A stretch of 64,000 bases of DNA from Lachnospiraceae bacterium (GCA_030526405.1 JAUNCZ010000010.1:2814-66813); one strand, 5' to 3'; shown: positions 1 to 10,113, counted from the stretch's first letter. The notes: generated from the letters alone by a model not told the origin. Numbers and translations are program-made.

Positions 1-1
1 G

Positions 2-1000
2 TTTTATGGCAGTATTCTGAAGCTGTTCCTGGGCTTTCTCATCGGTTTCTTTGGCACCGTAACCATTCTGGGACATCTGTATCTGGTGTTTCGGGAACAT
101 CGGGAAGCCTGCATTTGCTGGGAGGAGGCAGAACCTCTTCAACGGGAGAGGACCATTACGGTAGTGGCTCTTCTTCTGACAGCTGCGCTTATGCTTCAGG
201 AGGGTTCCTTGTTTTTTCCGGACACTTCGGATAGCCAGGATTATCTGGAAATCACCGCCCACAGAGGGGGAGCGAAATTTGCTCCGGAGAATACCATGGC
301 TGCCATTCGCTATTCCATTGATACAAAAGCGGATTTTGCAGAAATCGATGTGCAGGAGACAAAGGATGGGGAAATTGTTCTGATGCACGATAACTGGCTG
401 GGCAGAACTACAGGGAAACGAAAGTATATCTGGGATCTGGAATATAAGGACCTGCAGGAACTTGAAGCGGGAAGACATTTTTCCAGAGGCTTTGAAGGGG
501 AACCCATCCCTACTCTTCGGGAGGTGATCCGTGAGTGTAAGGGCAAACTCCGACTGAATATTGAGATCAAGGCCAATGGACACAATGATGATATCGTGTC
601 CAGGGTACTTCAGATCATTCGGGAGGAGGGATTTACCTCCCACTGTGTGATCACATCCATGGATTATCAGTTCCTGAGAGAGATTAAGGAGTTGTGTCCG
701 GAGGTGATTACAGGGTATACTCTATCTATGGTGTACGGACGGGTTGAGGATATGGAGGCGGCTGACTTTTACAGCGTGAAGCATACCTTCGTAAATCGCC
801 GTCTTGTTAACAGAGTCCATGAGATGGGTAAGAAGATCTGTGCATGGACAGTAAATAAACGTCCGCCGATCCGAAAGGTGATCGATGCAGGCGTGGACAA
901 TGTGATTACAGATGACCCGGAGCTGGTCCGTAAGGAGCTGATGGGGGAATATGATGTGATTCCGGGATTCATCTCCCTGATAAAATATATGATCCAGTAA
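2..1000 (+). CDS. membrane-anchored glycerophosphodiester phosphodiesterase (N-terminus off-window)
   Basis: The frame beginning at nt 2 is open to the window edge and hydrophobic. GDPD signatures HRGG..APENT and AEIDVQETKDGEIVLMHD are present. Confidence 0.85.
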   Translation, partial: FYGSILKLFLGFLIGFFGTVTILGHLYLVFREHREACICWEEAEPLQRERTITVVALLLTAALMLQEGSLFFPDTSDSQDYLEITAHRGGAKFAPENTMAAIRYSIDTKADFAEIDVQETKDGEIVLMHDNWLGRTTGKRKYIWDLEYKDLQELEAGRHFSRGFEGEPIPTLREVIRECKGKLRLNIEIKANGHNDDIVSRVLQIIREEGFTSHCVITSMDYQFLREIKELCPEVITGYTLSMVYGRVEDMEAADFYSVKHTFVNRRLVNRVHEMGKKICAWTVNKRPPIRKVIDAGVDNVITDDPELVRKELMGEYDVIPGFISLIKYMIQ

Positions 1001-1039
1001 GCAGGTTGGAAGACTTCTGGATCTGGAAGAGAGAGCGTT

Positions 1040-2236
1040 ATGGGTAAAGTTTTAGATGCAATAACCGGGAAGCAGTTCCGGCAGAAGAACGGAAAGGGAT
1101 ATTTTGATTACAATCTGCTGGCAGTTGTAATTATTCTGATCTGCTTTGGATTGATCATGCTGTACAGTGCCAGTTCCTATGAGGGTCTTGTGAAGCATCA
1201 GACGGATGTGTTTTTTCTGAAAAGACAGGCCCTGATCTTTGCAGGCTCCATTGTGGGTGCCCTCCTTGTATCCTGGGTGGATTATCACTGGCTGGTTAAA
1301 GCCTCCGGAGTGATCTACTGGCTGGCATTTTTCCTGATGGCGCTGGTTCCCTTTATCGGAGTGGAGCACAACGGAGCGAAAAGATGGATTTCTCTGAAGG
1401 TGCTGGAGTTCCAGCCCTCTGAGGTGGCGAAGATTGCGGTGATCATCTGTATGTCATCCATGATCGTGGGTTTTGGAAAAAACATAACCAGAAAAAGAAA
1501 TTTCTTTTTTATGCTGGGAGCGGTGCTGCTCCAGTTTCTGGGGGCTTATCTGCTGACGGATAACCTGAGTACAGCCATCATCATCTTTGGAATCGGTGCC
1601 CTTCTTATGCTGGTCTACTATCCCAATTCCAGGAATCTGTGGATCCACATTCTTGTGGTGATCGCTGTTGTGGTGGCAGTCCTTCTCTGGCTTAAGAATT
1701 ATTATGTGATGCCACAGGATGCCGCCAGTTTCCGACTGGGACGAATTGTAAACTGGCTGGACAGAAAGAACAATCTGGATGGCGGCGGCTACCAGGTAAT
1801 GCAGGGTCTGTATGCCATCGGTTCCGGAGGTCTGTTTGGAAAGGGACTTGGAAACAGTACACAGAAGATCATCCGCATTCCTGAGGCGCAGAATGATATG
1901 ATCTTCTCCATTATCTGTGAGGAACTGGGACTTTTTGGAGCCATCCTTCTTCTGGTGCTTTTTGGATATCTGTTGTTCCGACTGTATTATATCGCCCAGA
2001 ATGCCAGGGATCTCTACGGCTCTGTAATCGCCACGGGAGTTATGTTCCATCTGTCTTTGCAGATTATTCTGAATATGTGTGTTGTGCTGGATCTGATCCC
2101 CACAACAGGAATTTCCCTGCCCTTTGTCAGCTTTGGAGGTACTGCTATTGTTTTCCTGATGGGAGAGATCGGTGTATGTCTGAGCATCTCCCGGCAGATC
2201 CGTATTCCTGAGAAAAACAGAGGGAAAGATTCCTGA
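1040..2236 (+). CDS. FtsW/RodA/SpoVE (SEDS) family cell-wall polymerase
   Basis: 398-aa polytopic membrane ORF with family motifs GSGGLFGKGLG, IPEAQNDMIFS and PTTGISLPFVSFGGT. Confidence 0.9.
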   Translation: MGKVLDAITGKQFRQKNGKGYFDYNLLAVVIILICFGLIMLYSASSYEGLVKHQTDVFFLKRQALIFAGSIVGALLVSWVDYHWLVKASGVIYWLAFFLMALVPFIGVEHNGAKRWISLKVLEFQPSEVAKIAVIICMSSMIVGFGKNITRKRNFFFMLGAVLLQFLGAYLLTDNLSTAIIIFGIGALLMLVYYPNSRNLWIHILVVIAVVVAVLLWLKNYYVMPQDAASFRLGRIVNWLDRKNNLDGGGYQVMQGLYAIGSGGLFGKGLGNSTQKIIRIPEAQNDMIFSIICEELGLFGAILLLVLFGYLLFRLYYIAQNARDLYGSVIATGVMFHLSLQIILNMCVVLDLIPTTGISLPFVSFGGTAIVFLMGEIGVCLSISRQIRIPEKNRGKDS

Positions 2237-2314
2237 CAGAAAAAAAACAGTTGACAAGAGCCCTTCAGATTATGAAAATAGATGTAAGAGTATTATGAAA
2301 ACAGGAGAGATATT

Positions 2315-2548
2315 ATGTTAGAACTTATTGCAAAAAAACTTGCTGAGCAGTTAAATGTTGATGAGAGTGGAATTACTCTTGAGACAACCTTCAAAGAGGA
2401 TTTAGGAGCGGATTCTCTGGATCTTCTGGAGCTTGTTATGGGAATTGAGGAGGAGTACGGTGTAGAGATTCCGGCTGAGGAGCTGGAGGGACTCTCAACA
2501 GTGGGACTTTTCCTGGATTACATTACAAAAAAAGGAATTACACTGTAA
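2315..2548 (+). CDS. acpP: acyl carrier protein
   Basis: 77 aa, acidic. LGADSLDLLELVM contains the DSL phosphopantetheine-attachment serine. Confidence 0.9.
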   Translation: MLELIAKKLAEQLNVDESGITLETTFKEDLGADSLDLLELVMGIEEEYGVEIPAEELEGLSTVGLFLDYITKKGITL

Positions 2549-2568
2549 TTCTCTTGTGAACCTGACCG

Positions 2569-2622
2569 AAACAGGGGCGGCTGTCATCATTCTGTATGAA
2601 TGGGGCAGCCGCCCCTGTTTTC
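2569..2622 (+). terminator. rho-independent terminator after acpP
   Basis: AACAGGGGCGGCTG ... CAGCCGCCCCTGTT stem followed by TTTTC. Confidence 0.8.
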
Positions 2623-2679
2623 AGATGCGAAAGGTTTGCACGGTAATTGACAGAATAGTGGCATAATGTCTGAAAATAA

Positions 2680-2708
2680 TTGCCACACTCCACAGTTTGT
2701 GTTACAAT
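2680..2708 (+). promoter_or_regulatory. sigma-A-like promoter for the Sir2-like/helicase genes
   Basis: TTGCCA, 17-nt spacer, TACAAT, about 120 nt upstream of the 2830 start. Confidence 0.5.
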
Positions 2709-2829
2709 ATTAACAACCTGAAGCGGACGGTGCGGAAAAAAGATTGTCGCTTTAGCCAGTGAACTGCAGGAGGGGAGTTGGAAGCATTTCCTGCATGCAG
2801 AAGTATATATTGTATAGGAGGTTACGTAT

Positions 2830-3546
2830 ATGAGTGTGGAATATCTGAAATCCATTATTCAGAAGAGTCAGCGAATCGCTGTCCTTCTGGGACGGAATCC
2901 TGCCATGAATTCCGGTTGTGAGTTTTATAAGGAAGATTTTGATTATGATGTTGAAGAGAAGTACGGACGTTCATCAGAAGAGATTTTTTCCAGCAATTTC
3001 TATCACAACCGGCCCAGAGAGTTTTATGAGTTTTACCGTGAGGAGATCCTGAAAAAGCAGGGTGATCTGGATGAGGCCAATTACCTGATCAAAAGACTGC
3101 AGGATGCAGGAAAGCTGGAGGGCGTGATTACCAGAGGTTTCTTCAACAGGTGCAGAAGAGCTGGCGTTACCAAGGATGTCCAGCTGTATGGAAGCATCGA
3201 TCTCAATCGCTGTCCTCGTTGTGGCAAGATCTTTGATTCCGGCTATATCCTTGCAACAACAGGAATTCCAAAATGTGATGTATGCAATATTCCGATTCAT
3301 CCGGGTGTGGTTTTAAAGGGAGAGATGGTAGACAACTACAACATGACCATGGCGGCAGAGATTGTATCCAGAGCGGACTGTCTGCTGATCATCGGTACAA
3401 ACATGAGCTCTCCTCTGATCTCAATGCTTCGCTACTTCGAGGGAGGAAAGGTGGCCCTGGTAAACAGTGAGCCCCACTTTGCCGACAGAAAAGCAGATTG
3501 TGTGTGCATTGGTGATTTTGCAGAGATTCTGCCAAAGGTGTTCTGA
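2830..3546 (+). CDS. Sir2-fold protein with degenerate NAD/catalytic motifs (probable pseudo-sirtuin)
   Basis: Colinear with bacterial sirtuins: Zn ribbon CPRCG..CDVCN, NFYHNRPREFYEFY, LLIIGTN, GGKVALVN. However GAGIS->GRNPA, QNID->RGFF, and the catalytic His is replaced by Tyr (QLYGS). Confidence 0.75.
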   Translation: MSVEYLKSIIQKSQRIAVLLGRNPAMNSGCEFYKEDFDYDVEEKYGRSSEEIFSSNFYHNRPREFYEFYREEILKKQGDLDEANYLIKRLQDAGKLEGVITRGFFNRCRRAGVTKDVQLYGSIDLNRCPRCGKIFDSGYILATTGIPKCDVCNIPIHPGVVLKGEMVDNYNMTMAAEIVSRADCLLIIGTNMSSPLISMLRYFEGGKVALVNSEPHFADRKADCVCIGDFAEILPKVF

Positions 3547-3551
3547 TTTAC

Positions 3552-5546
3552 GTGAGCAACGGACCAGAGTCGGTGCCGGAGCTTTGCAGGGTTGCGGTTT
3601 TGGCAGGGATGGAGTACAATAACCGAATAAAAAAGTGTGAAGAGCAATTTGTCAGGGCACGAATTGCTCTTCTTCCGTCTAAAGGGAAGAGAGAGGAATG
3701 GAGGTTTGGTTTGAAGGCAGCATACAATGAAGCACAGCTGACGGCAGTCAGACATAAGGAGGGCCCCATGCTGGTGCTGGCAGGACCTGGTTCAGGAAAG
3801 ACTGCTGTGATCACCGGCAGAACCCATGCTCTTATTCGTGGAGGGGTGGATCCCGCCAGGATTCTTGTGGTGACCTTTACAAGGGCAGCGGCCGCGGAGA
3901 TGAAGGAGCGCTTTTTGAAGAAGGAGGGGGTACAGGCAACGGCTGTGACCTTTGGAACCTTTCACGGAGTATTCTATGCTATCCTGAAATCTGTGTTCCG
4001 CATTGGAAGTGACAACATCCTTTCGGAGGAGGATAAAATCCGGCTGATGCGTCAGATCGTGGACCATTATTATAAATCAGGAGAGCAGGAGGCAGAACTG
4101 CCTTTGAATGTGATCCGTGAAATCGGGATGATCAAGAGCAAACGACTGGATCTGAAGCATTTTTATTCCGGTTCCCTTCCACAGGATGTGTTTCGGAAGG
4201 TATATCAGAGCTATGAGGAGTGGAAGCAGCAGCATCGGAAAATTGACTTTGATGATATTATGGAAAAATGCTACGAGCTTCTCACAAAAAGGAAGGATAT
4301 TCTGCAGCGCTGGCAGGAGAAATTCACCTATATCCTGATTGATGAGTTTCAGGATATCAGTCCCATCCAGTATGAGATCGTAAAGCTGCTGGCGTACCCG
4401 GAGAATAATCTGTTTATTGTGGGGGATGACGACCAGTCCATCTATCGGTTCAGAGGTGCCAGTCCGGAGATCATGCTGGGGTTTCCAAAGGATTTTCCTG
4501 ATGCGAAGCAGGTAACACTGAACAGAAATTATCGCTGTACACCCCAGATTCTGAATCTTGCGGGGGCTGTGATCGCTCATAATAAGAAACGGTTTCCAAA
4601 GGAGCTGAGGGCGGTTCGTGAGGATGGTGCCCCGGTGGTCTGCGAAACCTTTGACCATCCCGGAGCGGAGGCCCGGCATCTGGCAGAGGAGGTACGGAGA
4701 CTGGCCTCTGATGGGGTTTCCTGGGGTCAGATGGCAGTGCTGGTGCGGACTAATCAGGGTTGCAGAACAGCGGTGGAGCAGATGATGGCCTACCAGATTC
4801 CCTTTTCCATCGGGGACACTCCCCCCTGTCTGTACGATCACTGGATCGCCCAGGATCTGATGGCATATTTCCGCCTTGCGGCGGGAGGAACTGCCCGGGG
4901 GGATTTTCTTCGCATCTACAATAAACCAAACCGGTATATCTCAAGAGATGCTCTTATGGATAAGCAGATTACCTTTGAGCTGCTGCATGATTATTACGAG
5001 GATAAGGATTGGATGTGTGACAGAATTGAGCAGCTGGAAACGGATCTGCGGGTGATCAGCCGCTTATCTCCCTACGGAGCACTGCAGTACATCAGAAATA
5101 CGGTGGGTTATCAGGAGTATCTTCGGGATTATGCCCTCAGCAGAAAGATCAAGGTGGAGGAGCTTTTGCAGATTTACGATGAGCTCAGTGAAAGCGCCAG
5201 AAATTACAAAACTCTTTCCCAGTGGCAGGAGCATATGCAGGAATACCGGGAAAACCTTCAGCAGCAGAGAAGCAGGGAGAAGAATCCGGACAGTGTGATG
5301 ATCTCCACCCTCCATGCATCCAAGGGTATGGAGTATGATGTGGTATTTATTCTGGATATCAACGAGGGTGTGATTCCCTATCAGAAGGCGGTGCTGGATG
5401 CAGATCTGGAGGAGGAACGCCGGATGTTTTATGTGGGTATGACCAGAGCCAGAAAGAAGCTGTATCTGTACTCTGTCAGGGAGCGTTATGAGAAAAAGAT
5501 GCTTCCATCGAGATTTCTCCAGGAAATGAAGGGGAAAAAGCGCTGA
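3552..5546 (+). CDS. UvrD/Rep/PcrA-family SF1 DNA helicase
   Basis: Motifs AGPGSGKT, TFTRAAAAEM, LIDEFQD, VGDDDQSIYRFRGA, LNRNYRC and VGMTRARKKLYL. The start is uncertain (GTG 3552 or ATG 3609). Confidence 0.9.
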   Translation: MSNGPESVPELCRVAVLAGMEYNNRIKKCEEQFVRARIALLPSKGKREEWRFGLKAAYNEAQLTAVRHKEGPMLVLAGPGSGKTAVITGRTHALIRGGVDPARILVVTFTRAAAAEMKERFLKKEGVQATAVTFGTFHGVFYAILKSVFRIGSDNILSEEDKIRLMRQIVDHYYKSGEQEAELPLNVIREIGMIKSKRLDLKHFYSGSLPQDVFRKVYQSYEEWKQQHRKIDFDDIMEKCYELLTKRKDILQRWQEKFTYILIDEFQDISPIQYEIVKLLAYPENNLFIVGDDDQSIYRFRGASPEIMLGFPKDFPDAKQVTLNRNYRCTPQILNLAGAVIAHNKKRFPKELRAVREDGAPVVCETFDHPGAEARHLAEEVRRLASDGVSWGQMAVLVRTNQGCRTAVEQMMAYQIPFSIGDTPPCLYDHWIAQDLMAYFRLAAGGTARGDFLRIYNKPNRYISRDALMDKQITFELLHDYYEDKDWMCDRIEQLETDLRVISRLSPYGALQYIRNTVGYQEYLRDYALSRKIKVEELLQIYDELSESARNYKTLSQWQEHMQEYRENLQQQRSREKNPDSVMISTLHASKGMEYDVVFILDINEGVIPYQKAVLDADLEEERRMFYVGMTRARKKLYLYSVRERYEKKMLPSRFLQEMKGKKR

Positions 5547-5689
5547 AGCCAGCCTTGTGGGATGGGATTTCACTGTGCTACAATAGTACGATAGCAGAAG
5601 AATGACGTTAAAGAACAAAATATTGATGGGCAACAAGTGACGACCCGTATAAGGATGACCACAGATTTCAGAAGAACAGGAGGTTGTGT

Positions 5690-6040
5690 ATGGTTTGCAA
5701 AGAAGCAGAAAATCTGATTCCCCAGTATCTGGATGACTCCATGGATAAGGACACCCTTCTGGAGTTTATGTCACATATACGAGAGTGCAGGGAGTGTTAT
5801 CATGAGCTTGATACCTTTTTTATGGTAGAAAAGGCCATGGAGACTCTGAAAAAGGAGGAGGACCAGTCCTTTGACCTTTCAGAGATACTGTATCAGGATC
5901 TGAACAGAAGATGGCTGATGATCTCCCGTCATGAAACACAGCAGCAGCTGACTATCTTTTATCTGATCATTGCAGTGATCTGTGTAATCTGGATGGTATT
6001 GGACCTGTATGGCATCATTTCGCTGTCCTATCTTTTATGA
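5690..6040 (+). CDS. zf-HC2 anti-sigma-factor-like small membrane protein
   Basis: N-terminal Cys/His pattern CKEAE..HIRECRECYH plus one C-terminal TM helix. AGGAGG lies 7 nt before ATG 5690. Confidence 0.55.
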   Translation: MVCKEAENLIPQYLDDSMDKDTLLEFMSHIRECRECYHELDTFFMVEKAMETLKKEEDQSFDLSEILYQDLNRRWLMISRHETQQQLTIFYLIIAVICVIWMVLDLYGIISLSYLL

Positions 6041-6050
6041 AAGTAGAGGA

Positions 6051-8684
6051 ATGAAAATGAGGGAAAAATTATTGCTGGTGGATGGCCACAGCATACTGAA
6101 CAGGGCATTTTTCGGTCTGCCTGATCTGACGAATTCAGAGGGACTGCACACCAATGCAGTCTACGGCTTTCTGAATATGCTCTTCAGAATACTTGACGAG
6201 GAGAAGCCGGAGTATCTGACGGTGGCATTTGACCTGCATGCTCCCACCTTCCGTCATAAGATGTACGATGCCTATAAGGGCACAAGAAAGCCCATGGATC
6301 CATCTCTGCGGGAGCAGGTGCCTCTGATGAAGGAGGTGCTGGGCACAATGGGAATTCCCATCTGCACAAAAGAGGGTTACGAGGCGGATGACGTGATTGG
6401 TACTCTGGCCAGAAAGGCAGAGGAGAAGGGGCTGGATGTAACGGTATTTTCCGGTGATCGTGACCTGCTCCAGCTGGCAACAGACAGGGTGCAGATCCGT
6501 ATTCCAAAAACCAAAGGCGGAAAGACCACTATTGAAAACTATTATGCGAAGGATGTTCTGGAGGCTTATCAGCTTCAGCCGAAACAGATCATCGATCTGA
6601 AGGGCCTCATGGGAGATTCCTCTGATAATATTCCGGGTCTTCCCGGTGTGGGTGAAAAAACAGCCACAAAGATCCTGCTGGCCTATGGTTCTGTGGAAAA
6701 TGCCTATGCCCATGTGGAGGAGATCAAGCCTAAGAAGGCAATGGAGGCTCTCAGGGATCACTATGATCTGGCAGAACTTTCCAAGACCCTTGCCACCATC
6801 AATACAGACAGCCCTGTGGACTGGGATTATGAGGCTGCAAGACTTGGCAATCTGTATACCCCGGAGGCCTATGAATGCTTCAGACGTCTTGATTTCAAGA
6901 ATCTGCTGAGCCGTTTTGATGAGAGTAACCGTCAGCTGGAGCTGCCGAAGGTACGGACGATTTCCGATTTTTCAGAGGCGGATGCCATCCTGAAACATGC
7001 CTGTCAGGCATCTGCTCTTGGTCTGCATCTTCTGGAGGACGGAAAGCAGGTTTATGGACTGGCCCTGGCAGGGGAAGAATTGGTCTATATTCCGGCGGAG
7101 GGCTTTATTACGGAGAGTTTTCTTACCGGAGCGGTGCAGGAGCTGCTGAACAGTCCTGTTCCTGTCAGTGTCTTTGCCCTGAAGCCGGTGCTGAAATGGG
7201 CACCTGCAGAGCTGAGGGACAGCTGGTTTGACACCCATCTGGCAGCTTACCTTCTGAATCCGCTGAAATCTGTTTACACCTATGATGATATTGCCAAGGA
7301 GTACTCGGGACAGGTGATTCCTGCTGCGGAGGAGCTCTTTGGAGGCAAGAAGCAGCCCGCTGTGGAGAAGATGACAGAGGAGCAGAAGGCACAGCTGGCA
7401 GGTTTTTATGCCCTTTCAGCCCATGCATCCAGAGCACAGCTGGAGGAGTCCCTTCGGGAAAGTGGAATGGAGCAGCTGTATCGCAGTATTGAGATGCCCC
7501 TGATCCTCACTATCTGTGGAATGGAGAAGGAGGGCGTTCTCATCAGAAAAGAGGAGCTGCAGACCTATGGAGAAAATCTCCAGGGACGGATTCTGGAGCT
7601 GGAGCAGGAGATCTATCAGCTGGCAGGAGAGGAATTCAATATCCTTTCACCAAAGCAGCTGGGAGTGATTCTCTTTGAAAAGCTGGGACTGCCCGGTGGC
7701 AAGAAGACAAAGACCGGCTATTCCACTGCAGCAGATATTCTGGAGAAACTGGCTCCTGAGGCACCGATTGTTGCATCTATTCTGGAATATCGTCAGTTGA
7801 CAAAGCTGAAATCTACCTATGCAGAGGGCCTGCGGGCATTTATCGATGAGGACGGCCGCATTCGCTCCACCTTCCATCAGACCATCACTGCCACAGGACG
7901 TTTAAGCAGTGCGGACCCCAACCTGCAGAATATTCCGGTGAGAATGGAGCTGGGACGCCAGATCAGAAAGGTCTTTGTTCCAAGGGAGGGCTGTGTGTTT
8001 GTGGATGCGGACTACTCCCAGATTGAGCTGAGAATCCTTGCCCACATGTCCGGGGATGAGAAACTGATAAAGGCCTACAATGAGGCCAGTGATATCCATG
8101 CCATCACAGCATCTCAGGTATTCCATGTTCCTTATGAGGAGGTTACCCCTCTTCAGAGAAGAAATGCCAAGGCAGTCAATTTCGGAATTGTATACGGAAT
8201 CAGCTCCTTTGGCTTAAGTCAGGACCTGAATGTGAGCCGTAAAGAGGCACAGGAGTATATCGACAGCTATTTTGAGACCTATCCCGGAATCAGGAAATTC
8301 CTGGATGAAACAGTGGCGGATGCCAGAGAAAAGGGCTGTGTTGTTACACTGTACGGAAGAAAACGACCCATGCCGGAGCTTTCATCAGGAAATTTCATGC
8401 AGAGGCAGTTCGGAGAGCGCGTTGCCATGAATGCACCGATTCAGGGAACTGCTGCGGACATTATGAAGATTGCCATGAACAGAGTGGCAGACCGTCTGAA
8501 ACGGGAACAGCTTCAGGCGAAGCTGCTGCTGCAGGTGCACGATGAGCTTCTTATTGAAACTCCTGTGGAGGAAGAGGAGAAGGTGCGGGAGATCCTGAAG
8601 GAGGAAATGGTGCACGCCGCAGAGCTGTCCGTTCCTCTTGAGATTGACATGCATGCCGGAAACAACTGGTATGAGGCAAAATAA
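6051..8684 (+). CDS. polA: DNA polymerase I
   Basis: 5' nuclease region (LLLVDGHS, GDRDLLQL) and polymerase motifs DYSQIELRILAH, RRNAKAVNFGIVYG and QVHDELL. ATG 6051 with an upstream GAGGA is preferred over the ORF-track start 6009. Confidence 0.95.
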   Translation: MKMREKLLLVDGHSILNRAFFGLPDLTNSEGLHTNAVYGFLNMLFRILDEEKPEYLTVAFDLHAPTFRHKMYDAYKGTRKPMDPSLREQVPLMKEVLGTMGIPICTKEGYEADDVIGTLARKAEEKGLDVTVFSGDRDLLQLATDRVQIRIPKTKGGKTTIENYYAKDVLEAYQLQPKQIIDLKGLMGDSSDNIPGLPGVGEKTATKILLAYGSVENAYAHVEEIKPKKAMEALRDHYDLAELSKTLATINTDSPVDWDYEAARLGNLYTPEAYECFRRLDFKNLLSRFDESNRQLELPKVRTISDFSEADAILKHACQASALGLHLLEDGKQVYGLALAGEELVYIPAEGFITESFLTGAVQELLNSPVPVSVFALKPVLKWAPAELRDSWFDTHLAAYLLNPLKSVYTYDDIAKEYSGQVIPAAEELFGGKKQPAVEKMTEEQKAQLAGFYALSAHASRAQLEESLRESGMEQLYRSIEMPLILTICGMEKEGVLIRKEELQTYGENLQGRILELEQEIYQLAGEEFNILSPKQLGVILFEKLGLPGGKKTKTGYSTAADILEKLAPEAPIVASILEYRQLTKLKSTYAEGLRAFIDEDGRIRSTFHQTITATGRLSSADPNLQNIPVRMELGRQIRKVFVPREGCVFVDADYSQIELRILAHMSGDEKLIKAYNEASDIHAITASQVFHVPYEEVTPLQRRNAKAVNFGIVYGISSFGLSQDLNVSRKEAQEYIDSYFETYPGIRKFLDETVADAREKGCVVTLYGRKRPMPELSSGNFMQRQFGERVAMNAPIQGTAADIMKIAMNRVADRLKREQLQAKLLLQVHDELLIETPVEEEEKVREILKEEMVHAAELSVPLEIDMHAGNNWYEAK

Positions 8685-8723
8685 CAGTTTTTAGAACGTA
8701 TTGTTGAATGGATATGGGAGGAT

Positions 8724-9329
8724 ATGAAGATGTATGTATTTGGTATTACCGGAGAAGTTGGCTCCGGGAAAAGTACAGTGATCGAGTATCTGCAGCAGGT
8801 ACATGGAGCAAGGGTGCTTCTGATGGATCTGCTGGGCCATGAGGTAATGGCCAGGGGCGGAATCTGTTACCAGGAGGTTCTTGACCTCTTTGGACCGGAA
8901 TTTCTGAAAGAGGATGGAGAACTGGACAGAAAAGCCATTGGAAAAGTGGTATTTGCAGACCAGGAAAAGCTGGAAAAGCTGAATTCCATTGTACATCCAG
9001 CTGTTCGCATCAGAGTGGAACAGCTGGTGGAGGAGGCCAGACTCCAGGGGGCAGAGTTTATGTTTATGGAATCTGCTCTTCTTCTGGAAGAAAAATATGA
9101 TGAAATGTGCGATGAATTGTGGTATGTTTATGCAAAAGAATCTGTGAGAAGAGAGAGACTGAAGGAATCAAGAGGCTATTCAGACGAAAAGATCGACCAG
9201 ATGATCAGCAATCAGCAGTCAGAGGAGATGTTTCGTTCCAGAAGCAATTTTATCATTGATAACAGCCACAGTTTCGAATCTGCAAAAGCACAGATCGATG
9301 CAAGGATGAAACAATATGAAATTATGTAG
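8724..9329 (+). CDS. coaE: dephospho-CoA kinase
   Basis: P-loop GITGEVGSGKST and typical length. ATG 8730 is an equally possible start. Confidence 0.9.
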   Translation: MKMYVFGITGEVGSGKSTVIEYLQQVHGARVLLMDLLGHEVMARGGICYQEVLDLFGPEFLKEDGELDRKAIGKVVFADQEKLEKLNSIVHPAVRIRVEQLVEEARLQGAEFMFMESALLLEEKYDEMCDELWYVYAKESVRRERLKESRGYSDEKIDQMISNQQSEEMFRSRSNFIIDNSHSFESAKAQIDARMKQYEIM

Positions 9330-10113
9330 TATAGCCAGCGGCAGCAGTGGAAACTGCATCTTCGCTGGCACTGAAAAAACAGGTATTTTGATCGATGCCG
9401 GTATCAGCGGCAAAAGAATAGAGGCAGGGTTGAATACCATTGACAGAAAAACTGCTGATATCGATGGGATTTTTGTGACCCATGAGCACATTGATCACAT
9501 TGCCGGACTGGGAGTCATCGCCCGGAGATATGGGATTCCCATCTATACCACACCGGGAACCTATCAGGCTGTTCTGAACACAAAAAGTGTGGGAAAGATG
9601 CCGGAGGGATTATTTCATGCAGTTCAGCCGGATACGGAGGTGCAGGTGGGAGATCTGACGGTACACCCCTTCCGCATTTCCCATGATGCGGCGGATCCTC
9701 TGGGCTATCGTGTGGAAGCAGAGGGAAAAAAAGCAGCAGTGGCCACGGATCTTGGCTTTTACAATGAGTATATTACAGAACAGCTGAAGGGTCTGGATTG
9801 TCTGCTTCTGGAATCCAACCACGATGTGAGAATGCTGGAGGTGGGAAGTTATCCTTACTACCTGAAGAAAAGGATTCTGGGAAACAGAGGTCATCTGTCC
9901 AATGAGACAGCAGGGCGGCTGCTCTGTGAGGTGCTCCACGATCATATGAAGCATATCGTGCTGGGACATCTCAGCAGAGAGAATAATTATCCATCCCTGG
10001 CTTACGAAACCGTTTGTTCTGAGGTGACCATGGGAGATAATCCATGGAAATCCGGTGATTTTCACATCACAGTGGCAAAACGCGATGAGCCCGGAGAACT
10101 GCTGGAGTTTTAG
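9316..10113 (+). CDS. MBL-fold metallo-hydrolase
   Basis: HEHIDH metal-binding motif. Overlaps the coaE end by 14 nt. Confidence 0.85.
   Translation: MKLCSIASGSSGNCIFAGTEKTGILIDAGISGKRIEAGLNTIDRKTADIDGIFVTHEHIDHIAGLGVIARRYGIPIYTTPGTYQAVLNTKSVGKMPEGLFHAVQPDTEVQVGDLTVHPFRISHDAADPLGYRVEAEGKKAAVATDLGFYNEYITEQLKGLDCLLLESNHDVRMLEVGSYPYYLKKRILGNRGHLSNETAGRLLCEVLHDHMKHIVLGHLSRENNYPSLAYETVCSEVTMGDNPWKSGDFHITVAKRDEPGELLEF

Noticed and set aside
2830-5546. SIR2 + helicase as an anti-phage defence module (DSR, SIR2-HerA or Gabija-like).
   Set aside because: The Sir2-fold protein lacks every NADase or deacylase signature. There are no other defence genes, no mobile-element hallmarks and no compositional break, and the flanks are core housekeeping genes. 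It is kept as a pseudo-enzyme finding instead.
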